Assembly: GCA_001687465.1 (NCBI GenBank)
Contig: LVLI01000175.1
Span: forward strand, 1-64,000
DNA from: Halocafeteria seosinensis
Taxonomy: Eukaryota
Length of the DNA stretch: 64,000 nt
Reading direction: 5' to 3'
The translations under genes were made by a program, and so were the position numbers. Below, in pieces: positions 23,783 to 36,900 of this stretch; the first letter of the stretch is position 1; the number at the start of each line of letters is the position of its first letter. A model generated the notes under the pieces. The model ran no database searches. It had not been told where the DNA came from and saw nothing but the letters and a program-made list of their open reading frames with translations.

Positions 23783-26700
23783 TCACTGATTCTTTGAGCG
23801 GATTGCTACCAGCGAAGCTGCCTCCCTGTTCGTAGCACCTTCTCCATTAATTTGTCGTGCCCATTTAGAGTATATATCTCTGATCTCTCCCATATGCTCA
23901 GAATCCATCACAGTGAGGTGGTCCTGAATATAGCACCAGATAAGGTATTCCACCTCCAAGTTGGTCGTCATATCACCGACGTAGTTCTTCAGCGTGCTCT
24001 CAAACGTGTAGGCTTCTCCAACAGCAAACGCGTGCCTAGACCGCTCTAGGATGGAATTCAATCGAAGCTCCTTTTCTATACTTTCAGTCAGTTTCTGTTC
24101 TTTATTTTGCAGATCAGAAAGGCGGTGCTTCTCCTCTTCCAAAGACTGAGCTAAGATATGTTTCTTTTCATTATGTTCGCCCACGGGTGAACCATCAGCG
24201 GAGGTATCATCGGCTAGCCTTTCATAGCGACCACCGTTCTCTACTTCCATGCGGGCTCTCTGTCTACCTCGCGCTTCCGCCTGTGCTACAAGATGATCAC
24301 ACTGGCTCGGATAAAAGAAGGACGACGGTTGGGAGTAGCTGTTGTCGACTGAGGTTTTTAAGCGGTTTTCTGCTCTGGCAGAAATGCGCTTATATTCACT
24401 GAACTTGTTCTGAACGTCTTTAAGATCAGACTTAAGCTGCTCCGTTTCTGAATGTACAGAATCCTCAAAATGTTCGGCTGCTCTGAGCTGTCTTCGTAGT
24501 TCTTCGAAGGCCATCTCCCGTTCCTCAAACCACTGCTTTGATCCAGACATTACCTCCGGAATGAGCACTTCCAAAGCTTGGGCTTTCGATATCCACTCTT
24601 GCTCGACTTGTGCAAGAAGATCCCTCTGGTCATGCAATTTTTCGTGTAGTTCGATCAGGGTAGCTGTCAAGGGCAAGTTCTGCTTTCGGTTCGACGCGTA
24701 TTTAGTCATTGAATTCTTCATCTCCGTAATGTGGGCCTTAAGTCTTCCCTCTCTCGAGTTCAACGAATCAAGCCTCAGTAAATATTCGTCGTACAACGAA
24801 CCATGAGCGCGCTGAGCAATATCATTAAGACGTCCCTCACTTCTATTCCCGACTTCTGTCAATATCTCGTCCAAAGTTAACAGAAAGTTCCGAACCTTTC
24901 TTGACCACTCTTTGGAGGTTGTTGAATGACCGATCACACTCTGTCTACTCTTAGCCGCCGCAGCTCGTAACAACTGAAGAGTCATATCGTCCGCAGCTTG
25001 CAAATAATCAAGATGGGTTAAGCACTGCTTTTGGAATAGAAGCGCCTGGAGTTTGGTAAGCTTTGCTATCGACTGAGAGTGTCTTCTCGGGATCTCGTCC
25101 TCAGTCCGAGCTTCGTTGTCGACACTGTTCTTGGTATACATAGGATCACCGTCTATTTGAAGTGTACCCTCGCTAGTTTCACGAACTAGGCCAGTAGACG
25201 GCGGATGAGACCCATTTTCCGTAGCAGCACCAGCCACATGGAGTACGTCTGTACCACAGGTTAAATCAATACTAGACATGTTTCGGGAATTGGCACCTAC
25301 ACTTTGAGTCAGAGCGCTCAAGTCTTCGAGGGTTTGATTCAGTTTCTGGTCGATAAGGTCATCTGTTATCCAGTGTGTCATGAAGTGACCTTTGGAAACA
25401 GTATCCTCATCGCGGACACCGAAAGCGTGTGTATCTGCTTCCGTCTTACCATAGTTTCCATGAGGCTCCTCAGTAGGACGTTCCACCTCATTCGAGGGAA
25501 AGGAGGCAATGGAACCGGGACGGCCTTCAATCGGTTTCATTGAAGGTTTCTCACCGTTTCCATATGAACGCTGCACCGATGAATACGTTTTCTCCTTAAG
25601 GTACACCTCAGCCGAGGACGCGGATTGGGGTTCCCAGGCAGTCTTATCGTTTGCAGCAGTAGACAGCCCATCATTTTCAGAAGATGCTTCGTCACATAGT
25701 TGCGCGTTAGGTACTGATGCGGAGGCAGAAACGTTTGTTACCCCGATATCCGCCTTAGCTGTGGAACTGCCAGGAACTATTCCCGCCATTGCTCTCGACT
25801 GACTGTGCACAGTAGGTTTCTCGTCTCTATCGTGCTTGTCGGACAAACTACTGGCGGTTGGCTCGAACAACTTCTTACGAATATTTATTAGAGAAAGAGT
25901 TTTCGCTTCAGATGACCTATTTTCCGGTGGGTAGACAGTACTCTTATCCTTAACATGCTGATTTTCAGTTGTACCGGCTATGGGTGCCGTCAAGGCGGAA
26001 GTGGATGCACCCTGAGGTATAGACGCCGCATCCGAAGATGCACGGTGACCTTGCTGTGCTTCGCAGCTATTACCCCTTCCATATCTGTCGAAGACATAGC
26101 CCCCACTTCCATTATTAGACTTAAACGACTGTAAAACGTTTGCTTGCCGGATTTTTTTCTTCTCAGCCTTATCCATATTTTGACGAGTCATCTTTTCGGC
26201 ATCAACACCAGTGGACGATGGTGCTGCAGATTTGAGATGTGGACCGTTGCTTCTAGAAGTTTGAACTTCTCCTGTTTCCACACGGGATTGCTGCCGCACT
26301 ATTGCACTATATAAATGTGTATCTACATCGGCATGCACGCCGTGGACTTCACCACCCACTGCTTCGAAGTTTGCAAACGTTGCACTTGTAACAGCTGGCC
26401 CGCCGCAATAGCTTACATGCACCCTAGCGGGCTTGGCCTTCGGTTGCAACGATTCGAATGACTGGAGAACCTCATGCATCCCTTCCGATCCCAAACTCAG
26501 TTGCTTCATTTCTTCCCGACACAACACTCTCCGCAGTGAATGGTCTATAAGAAAGCGAAAACATACGTACGAGGCACTGTCAAACCAATGAGAGTAAAAA
26601 CGACCGTCTTTCACTACTCCTGAGGTAGATTTCTGTTCTTGCCGAGTTAATTTCGACGTCAGATCACAGCCGGTAGCTACTTCCACCTCTCGTATGGTGC

Positions 26701-29700
26701 TCAAAGTATCCACATCTACGGGCGCTTTGATATGCTCACAAACCTCTGTTAACCAGCGGACGGTTTCAGGTTTGGCACGTTTGCACTCCCCTGACAAAAC
26801 CGCGCCCTTCAGCAAAGTTGCTAGCAAACTGTTAGAGGCATGGTACCACCAAAGCATGTTATCGGATAGGGACGTCGACTCGTAGCGGCGGAAAAAAGTA
26901 GTTAACAACTCTTGTGCCGACTGAAGGTGTCCATTGGCGGTGAGAACGAATGAAAGAAGGCGGACATCAAGCTCTCTGAACGACAGACCGCAATCAAACA
27001 TAAGCTCTTGAGCCTCCAACACGCGGGACCCAATGTCGCCTGTGGTATTGATTCTTCCCAAGTTCGAAATGCACTCGAAGGAAGGGTTCGCTAGCGAGTA
27101 AAGCAGCAGCGTTGCGCATTCCGCACTAGGCCTGGTATTGTCAGAATTTTCTGACCAGAAGCCGAACGCTTCCTGAGCGTTTCCGTTGAGAATCATTTGT
27201 AGAAGGTGCTCAGTTGACTCTAGCGAGCCGTTTTCAACTAGGATGTGAGGATCACTAGACATGTCTTTGACCATTGTCAAAATGTTTTCGGGTATAGAGG
27301 AGGCGGAATTGGGGTACATCCCTTTGAAGACTTGAAGAACCGGGCGAAATAAATCATCTGGCGACTGTTTGTCTCTTCCGAGCACTAATAGGTATGGCAT
27401 TGTTTTCGACGAGTATATATCGGTTTCCCACTCGTGTTCCCCCCTTTGCTTCCTGATAGAATTCCATACCCTCTCAAACAGTGAGGATTTATTTTCGGGG
27501 TCCATAATGCGTGCGCATGCAAGAGCTCCACTTAAGTCACAAATTTCGCTTTGAAGAGTCGCTTCCAAGGACGTGAACGCAATTTGTTGAATGTCTGCAA
27601 AGTGAAATTCTTCACTTTCGTAAGCTTCTGCCAGAAGCAATTTACCTGTAGCAAACCGTTGAAGCAACCTGCACTCTACATCAACAGCCGCGCTGGACAA
27701 GCGTAACCCTTGCATCGCATTTTCGTAACTACCAGCACTCCCCACAAGTTCAATCGACACAAAAAGGGCCCAAAAGAACAACGTACTGCAATTCAGAACG
27801 GTAGCCTGTTGAGAGGCCAAGTATTTGATACACTGAGATAGCACATCGTCGGCTGAATCCGGTTGCGGATTAAACCCTGCTGCTTCGGCATCCAACCGAA
27901 GAAGCAGCAGCCAATACAGCGCAACCTTGTCAGGTCTACCTTCAAGAGCATAAGTTGCCAGAAGTGTACAAAGTATTTTGCCGTCCGAAAGCAAATCCTT
28001 TAGTGTGTTCGACTCTGGTATCTGGATTTGTAGCTTCTTCAGCAAACCAACTACCCACCGGTGAGTAGTATGACCGCGACCTTCCCGGGAACAGGTTGCA
28101 ATATATCCCGCAACCAATGCCGTGGGAGGAAGGCGGTGCTGCTCAACATAGTGCTTCACCATGTCTTCTGTTACAGGTTTCCCGTCAAAAGCGTCGGGGA
28201 AATCGTCTAAATTGACGCCGACATCCGAATCCAAGGAATTTTCAGTCGCAAAGCTCTCGGTGGAGCCTCTTTTAAGAAGCTGACTGTACCTCCTAAGGGT
28301 GCCAGTGTCCATATCATCGCTGTTCCCATTTGACTCATTAGAACGTAGCCTAATTTTTTGGACTGCGCTCCTCAACGTGCCTACATCATCGCATGTTGCA
28401 GCAACTTCTGATACAGCCTTGTTGTGAGAAATTCTCGTAAGATTCTTGTACATGCAGTGCATGCCCTCTACTTTGCCTTTCAACGAAAATCTGGACAGCA
28501 AAGACCGATAAATGCCAGAAACGTTAGATCCCCCTCTAGAGGACTGCAGAAGCTCAAACATAGGGTTCGAGGATGAGTTGTCTTCCCGCAAAATGCCACA
28601 ATATATCCAGGCTACAACATTTGCAGTTGCGCGTTCCATTAACGACCATAGTTTATTCAGATGAACGCTCTGCTCTGCACTCTGCAGGAAAGCCTCAATG
28701 TCACCGTAAGACCACGTACCGGTTCTAGCCATACTGATGGTGCGATAAGTACGGCTGACGTGCACTGGGGCTGTGGGGATAGAATTTTCGATAAAGGATA
28801 GCACCCGTTCGGCCTCATCTTCCCTGCCTGCGTTAACAAAGGCTTGGGCCATTTTGCATCCAAGTTGACCCCTTAACCTAAACTGTTGAGCTGGTCTCTT
28901 TGTCAGAAATTTTAACAAACGTCTTAGATCACTCTGCACATAGGGGATGGCCGCATAACCGGACGATCCAATCTTAGCCAATTGCGTACAGGTTTGGCAT
29001 ATGTACTCCCAATCTTCCTTATCCATTCCATTATATATCTCCAAGACATTAGAAAACGTAGAAGCTACTGGTTGAATCTCAGAAGCAATGTATAGCGCCG
29101 TTATTTCAGCTAACAACTTTCGGTAGTCCCATCGACAACCGCAGTTCCACGCTGCATCCAGCAAAAAGGCGGAATCTTCCTCAAGTGCAGCTTCCAAAAC
29201 GATACCAGAAGAAACTTGTCCTTGTTTTCTGCGTCCAATACTTATATTATTCAAGTTCGGTGATGCCGTGAAGGAGCCAACAAGGAAATCTTGGACATGT
29301 TCTCTGAGCCTTTTCCTGCAATCAATTTCGTAACAATTACCTTGGTACATTACTTGCACCTGTGCTCCTGAAGACCGCTCGTTAAGAAAACGTTCGGCCA
29401 AACTCAGCGCACTCTTCTGAAGGACCTCGCCTTCCGAAGTGCTGGTCGCAATTAAACATGCATTCCAGAATGCATCTGTTCCAACGAGTAGCGAAAAAGC
29501 AGAGGAATGCTCCATCAGCGTCATCGCTTCCACGTGTCTACCCGCTCGAAGAAGGCCATCCAAAACGCAATACTGAAGCAATGACGCACCTTCTGTCTTT
29601 AATGGGGGCAAATGGTACATATCATCGGAACCGAAGCTCTTCAGGATATCGATATCGGAGTACAGAAGACAAGATTGGCTATGAGCTATCATCTGCAACG

Positions 29701-32700
29701 ACTGTGTCAACTCTGGAGCCTGCACAAACGCAGTAGACAGAGACAACAAAGTGCCACAGGAATCAAGAGACAGGCATTGAGACGCTGCATGCGCCAAATG
29801 GAGAAGTAATAACGCCTTCCAAACATTTGTTACCGCCAGGTCGCACTCTTGGCCGGATGATATCCTGTATGTTGTGAGATGGTCGGGAACATTGTCACGA
29901 CCGTGAAGCAACCAGCCTATGATCTCCGGAAGCTGTGAATCAGCTATTTGTGTCCCTTTGCTCAATTGTTCATGAGAAAGAAGTTCTTTCGCCCACAACA
30001 CTCGCGTTTTCCAGCCCTTTACTAACGAGTCTAAACCTGTTCGGGAGTCTGGCATTTCCATCGAGCTACAAGCGCAATAGAGAGCATCATGGAGAGCAAC
30101 CACAGCGAAAGGGTCGCCACAAGCGGCATAACATCGAAGTAGAATGAGAAAATACTCCAATCTTAATACTGACTTCTTCCGAATCATGCAAAGAATAATA
30201 TACTCCACCGCAAGAACAGCATTTTCAGGGATGTCGCAATTGGAAGCGGCAAGTATGAGCAGGAGAAATCGAAACTGGACAGTAACATCGCCATCAGGAT
30301 CATTGTTCTGCAGAGTACGTTGTTGAAAACATAATACTTGGTGAAGGTACCCATTCCGTGCCATTATCGTCATCATAGCTAGCTCTTGAGTAAAAAGATC
30401 TCCAAGGCGCACGTTATCACTTCCTACCTTCTTTTGGTATTCGTGACATATTCTCGTCGCTCTCCGAAATTGCCTACGTTTACCCACCGTGAGCATCATA
30501 ATAATCACTAAGAAACCAGCATCAGTGACCGTCGACCCGTCAAACATCGTAAGACTGGGACCTGTGTCTTTTATTGTAGTGACAGTAGACCGCCAGTAGT
30601 CCTCACAAGACCTTGCATCATTGATACGGTACCACATCTCTAGCTGAGGAACTTTCCATGTGGGAGAATCGGGCCGCACACTCGCAGTATTAGCAAGCAG
30701 TTGAAGGACCTCTGCACCCCGCTGTGCCACTTTGTCTTCCCTGTCTATCTCAAATATCAAGGCTTTGTCTGAGGATGCATCTCCAGCCTCCGTTGATTCC
30801 AAGCTGTCCTCGTCCACTCGTGGTAACGCTCCTCCCCGTTGTCCATGTTTGCCTCGACTCTTAATGACGCCATCAGAATGTAGCGTTTGGAATTTGCGAA
30901 TTGTGTCCGACGCAGATGCAATCGGACTAGCGTCAGGTTGTGACAGTCGCCTACTTTCTTCGGCGGCGCTCTGCGTCATCGTCTTTTTAGCTGTAGGCAC
31001 CAGTCTTGATTTCGACTTAACAACTTTTTTCTTTTTCCCAGTTTCTTTGCTTGTGCTTCCTGGCTTGGAGTTCGCAACACTCATCTCAGTCGCAACCTGC
31101 TGGGGCGTGTCCTGCTGAGCCTCCAATCGAGGAGCACCTTCATCACTGCCTTGCTGTGTCTCATTCTCTCGAAGCTGCTTATCGTCATTTTCCTTCGTGC
31201 TACCTTCTTCTTCGTCACAGACGTCATCATCTCCGAATAGTTGTAAGTCAATCATCAAACGTTCCAGTACGTGCTGTAGTTTTCTTAGCCGTTTCTTGAG
31301 ATACATGGCGCTTGTAATAGAAACGACCCATGACAGAACGGCATCTGATGCTTTGTTTGGGGACCGCAGATCCTGCACGAGTCGCTTCATTGATGCGTTA
31401 TCTTCAGTTTGATACAGAAAGTCGATGGGTAATTCTTGCGAACCGATCATGTTGCCATCCACAGCGAACTCGTATCGCCTACTTTCAGTAAAAACAGTGA
31501 ATTTGTTAGAGTCATCAGGGTTGATCTCCACCTTTGATACCTCTCCCAAATCAATCTTACCCTTGGGAGCCTCTCCCGTCTTCATATATTCATCCGAACC
31601 AAAATATAATAGACAGCCATTAACTGAGGGAACAGTTGGTTTCCACATTCTATTCGAGTCTTGTTTACCCTGCAACGAGACCAACCACCGTGCAGCTTCT
31701 TTCAGTGTTAGACCAGGAGTCAATCCAGGCACTGGGAAGGGGAATCCATTCAATCGCAGCTCCATATACCGCAGATTCCAGTGTTGAATGGTCTTTCCAC
31801 CCTTTTTGAGGACGTATCCGACCCGGACTCTGGTTGAGGATCTCTTCGGCGGAGTCATTGAGCATAGCGACGACAAGGTATGGCGATCAACAGGTTCGAG
31901 GGCCGCGTCAGACATTAGTTTCTGTACTAGGGTCAAAGAGCATTCACTCGTAAGCAGTCTAACATCAAAATCCGCAACGCCAAATGGACTCTTTTGTCCT
32001 CCCAAGTCTGATTTTGTTCTACCTAGCTTTCTTTGACTCCTCTTACTACTTGAGTCATCGGAATAAGACTTTCTAAAACTGCGAGAACGACCAATCATTC
32101 TATGAGGTGACTCACTGCCTTCTGTTCCGGCTTCAGCAGTTTCTGCAGGCTGAGATTGAGCAGAGGAAGCATCTGCAGCCAAGCTTCTCATTTTATCGCA
32201 CCACCTACTCAGTAGTGATCGATCTCGGGATCGCAGTACTAAGACGGTTTTCGTTAAACCCGGGGAAGGTTTAGGAGACGAGCCGCCTTTGCTAGCAACA
32301 GAAACAGAGCCTGAGTGTCGACTCCCATCATCGGATTCCGCCTCCGATGCACTGCCACCGATGTCCTCCTGTGTTTGCACAATGTCCAGCATGAGGCGCT
32401 GCATTAGAGGCGTAGTAAGCTTGGCCGGGAACCGAACAGCTAAAAGCTCCTTGTCCATACTAAAATTGATTTGCAATTCCTTGCATATCGGGATGATTCC
32501 CACTAGTATCCAGGTCTTTTCCTCTTCATTTGAGTTGTCAGTAGTTTTCTGTTTCTTTTTCGATCCAGTGCTGGCCCCAGAGGGTTCCTGGACGGGTTTC
32601 AGTACAAGCAAGACATCGGGACAAAGGAGAGCACGGACTAAGGAATCTTGCTCATTCATTTCGCTATCAGGATTCTTGATCGCTGATGGACGGTTGTCGT

Positions 32701-33557
32701 CTTCAATATCCACTCGCTGGTCACGCAACCGAAACTTGGAGTAAATGGACAGAGTATCTGCTGGGAGTGAAAATGCTCCATCGTCTACCACGTATCTTTC
32801 TTGGGATACCAAACTCACGTTCTCGCGCGAAGGTGTACATACGCATTGTTCCCAGTCCAACAGTAACCCTTTGCGTTCTTCAGAAACCCAGGCGTCCTTG
32901 ATTTGACTCTGAATTTCTCTCAGTGTTGTAATGACGCTGTCGACTTCCTCGTAGTCCGCAGGATCTCTGTCTGTTTCCATCAGAGATTTAGCATTTTCAC
33001 ACGCTTTGCAGAAGGCTTCCACATGGTCAAGAGGCAATCTCAATATATGACCCAGCGCTCCTTCTTCCGGAGAGTTTTCGTTCTCCGTAGGGGAACTGCG
33101 TCCATCGGCGCGCCCTTGGTTGTTCAGTATCTTTTTCACCTTCTGCCTAAATTTTTTGTCCTTCAGTAAGTGCTTGAATTGCCTCTGAAAATAATAGTGA
33201 GCGCTGACCCATTCTGTATATCTCATGCGAATACTCTCCAGTGAAGAACCGAGGATAGCCGGTATCTGTTCGATATCAATTTGCTTCGCTTCTTCGAACT
33301 CTGTTCGCAGCTTGATAAACAAGGAAACCAAGCTTTGGAGTCTCATATCCAGGGAAGTGAACACGTCGTGAGCTATGTTAAGCTCCTTGAGAGGCCTAAC
33401 ATAATGCTTAAGATACCGTTCAAGCTGTCGTGTATACGAGTTGTGGTAGCTCTGCAACGCTCAAAGAACGATATTCAATCACCGCCGACTACCCACATTC
33501 ATCATACAGACCGTAACCACTTACAATGAGCTCCTCGAGCGCGTCCTGATACCCCAT
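23783..33557 (-). CDS. Giant (about 3,230 aa) protein: DH/RhoGEF-like domain, two PH-like domains, PPR-like helical region, C-terminal coiled coil
   Basis: A small first exon MGYQDALEELI (GTAAGT..TTGCAG intron) joins SYHNSYTRQLERYLKHYVRPL, which looks like DH helix 1; LGHILRLPLDHV follows. A clear PH domain (RVGYVLKKGGKTIQHWNLRYMEL..LLYF..PKGKIDL..FTVFTESRRYEF..SWVVSI) lies at about 31316-31826. The main exon is 9.7 kb and uninterrupted. Confidence 0.85.
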
Positions 33558-33911
33558 CGTCCCCAACGTGGTCTTACATACACAACGCAGAAAGTGTTTG
33601 GTTGAAGCTGTACAACGGGGACGCTTTCCTCCCTCCGCAGATCTGTTATCGTGCCATACTGAAGGCAATTTCGGGAGCTATAATGTAGGACATAACCATC
33701 AAGTGATAGTAAATTAGACTTTATGAATCCCACTACATGGGGCCAAACTGCAGCTGGAAGACTTGCCAGTGGAAGTACTCAGATGAAACATTTGTTTGTA
33801 CGGTATACATTGCACTGAGTCATAGTCTAGATGGCTGTGGCACCGAAGGATTGAATCGGTCCTGATAAGGAAGATTTTGAGTCGGAGGAGCATCATTTTC
33901 TTCCCGAGAAA

Positions 33912-36900
33912 ATGGTGACGGGAATACTGTGGCGACATCCGCGGCTCTCGTGTGCCTTGTATAAACCAGGAACTCGCCATGTGTCAGCGGTACCTCCAAT
34001 TTCTGCCATCTACCAGTCCCCTGTGACGCATGCGAGTGCAACCGCAACCTCAGCGTCTCGCCAGCACAATGACAAGAAGCCTAAAGGAAGAATGCGGCGA
34101 TATGCAGTGCACAGGAAGGGAAACTTCTCGCCTTCATCGAATAGACCCCAAGTGGCAAGTTCACAGACGAACGCCTTTCCCGCGTATACGCAGGATTATG
34201 GGATTTCCGGGTCACCATCAACTGTATCATCGGCTGTCCATGCTGGGATTCAATTAGACAAGGAGTCTTTGATGCGGCTGTCCAATCGAGAAGCGTATCG
34301 GGTGCTGGAGGACCTTACCGCCAACAGAATACGGACCAAATTGGACGGTGACACGTACGAAGCAATGTGTGAGATCTGCTGCCGGTTGGCACAATCAGAT
34401 TCGAAGGGTGGTTTTACGATATCCTGGAGTGAATCACGTGAGAAAATACTTAGCATTCTTCACATAGCCGATAGCAACTTTGATCGCCAAACAGGGACAA
34501 TTATTCCTGTTCTGGCTGCAGCAAGTAGACTATGTGCGGAACGGGGAGATCTGCTAGCAGTCGTTCGAATATTCAACAGAGCCGGTCCCCAGGGAATATA
34601 CTTTTGTAACGTGCTCTTTCATGGGATTGCGAAGGCTATCAGACGATCCAAGGCCACGCTTGTTGGGCAAGATGTGGAAGAGCTGAGACGACTATGCAAG
34701 ATGCTACAGAAAGGAGACGTTGCTGAACGGAACTCAAATGGCTGGCCGATACGACTGTCGTTTCCGGCGGCTAAAGATTTACTTGGTGCTTTAGCTCAGA
34801 AGACGTCTACTGACCCTAGCTTGCTGGCTGGGCTCTGGATGGATTCCATTGCCCTGCTGGAACCTAAGTACGCTACCACGAGGACTTTGAACGAAGTTCT
34901 CAATTATTTGAAGACCTACTGCATTGAATCCAGACGAAAAGGAGCCCTTCTAAGTCATAACGGACCAGCATCTTCTGTATATCGTACGCTAGTGGCTCAA
35001 GGAGTTGAACCTGATGAAGTTACGTTCAATACTATGATGTCGATCGCCTCGAAAGAACAATCTATTACTTCTGCGTTGACATCTCTAGCTGCAGCGAAAG
35101 AGAAGGGATTCGGAGTATCTTCGCGAATGATCACAAGTTTAATGACTCTTTTCCTGCAAGAAGACGATTATATTCCGCTATTTAGGCTGTATCAAATAGC
35201 TGTGAGTTGTGGAGCATGGGACGATGGCCTCAATTTCAGATTTATTGCAGGTCCTTTGCGGCGGAATCGGATAGATGTGTCATTGTCCGCGCTTCGTGTC
35301 GCTTCGATTTGTTCCTATCTAAACACTTATGGGGAGCTTCCGCCTACGGTCGACCAAGAGCATATCCAGCTCAAAAGAGAAGAGCTAATCCAAGAAGTAG
35401 AAAAAAAGGAAAAACAAAAACGGTACGCCGAGTACCTAAGAGATCTCGGAAGCAAGTCCAAAGAGAACGACTACATCGACGAAATGATGGCGAGAGCGGA
35501 CGCTGAACTTGCGAAAGCTCACCGGCAAATGAAGGAATATATACCCTCCGTCGTGAAATGTGTAAAATCAGCAAAAGATGTGTCAGACAAATACACGGAT
35601 GATATCATAGCTCTTGTGGAAGAAGTGGCTCAGGACGACAGTCAAACTGGAGAAGCAGACACTGCTGAGTATCCCGTACGAGATGGTACCACTGCATTAT
35701 CATCATCCGATGCTACATTTCTTAATGAGCTTGACAGTATGCTGCAACATGCCCTATGCGCCCCAGTCACATTTGCTGGAGACACTGCATGCTGCAACGC
35801 ACTTCTTGATGCGTTTGGTCGGTTTTCGGTTCCCCAAAACCAATTCAACAAGCTGCTGCAGTGGATGGAAAAAGCTTCCATTCAGAAAGACCGATCGACC
35901 TTCAAGTATGTAATTCGATATTTCATCCGCCGTGGACAAGAATCGGTTGCCGTAGATTACCTTCAGCGAGCACATCAAGACGGCCATTGTGACAATGAGC
36001 TAGCGTCGACGACGTTAAATATCCTCTTCCGTCTAGGCAAAACGGTTTCCTGTTTAGATGTTCTCGGAAGGGCGATACCGCTGGACACAGAGGTCCGCCG
36101 CCGATATAGTGGCTGGCTATTGGCTAAGATTCTTCGCACTATTATTTCTGAGGAGACACATGAAGAGATGCCTTTTGAAATGCTCGATCGCACTTGCAAT
36201 ATCATCGCTAGTGATGCGGAGAAGGAGTTCGCTCAAAGTGGCATTATAGCGGTAAACAAAGAACTTGGGGAAAGTTTTACACGGTGCCTCTTGCACAGTG
36301 TTTTGAGGCGAGATGGATGTCTCTCATGTGAAATCTATGAGCGACTACAAGCTATTTATTCACGGCTTGGAATCAAAAACAAGCTTCAGTACTTTCGCCC
36401 ATATGTGACCGACGCTATCGTAGCTGACGTTCATAAAATTTGTAACTGCCACGTGATTGACACTCGAAGTGTAGAACATCTTGAACGATTGCTTCAGTTT
36501 TTTGCGGAATTTTCCCCGGGACAAGACGCTCAGTCTATAGAGAAACAAGTGTATATTTCGCAATCAGTTGACGTCCTGCAGCGTCTCCTTGATACGGGCG
36601 GGAAGTGCAGCGAGGTATTCAGCTCAAGCATTTCTGCCTCCACTACAGAGATTTTGAATAACTCGTTGAAATTGGCTGTAATTCATGATTTTCATGGAGT
36701 CCAGCCTAAGCAGAGGTTGCGATCTCTGATTAATTTTTCTGCAGGAGCTGTTCCGTCAACTGCTCCATACACTATTGCTGATGTTGTTTCGCCTCAGTTC
36801 TCGGAACTGGTTGATGTGACAGGGAAATGGTTAACAGCCCAACAGGGGCAGCAGCATGAGGGCGATTACAGTGACACTCTGTCCGAAATCCGGAAGAGCC

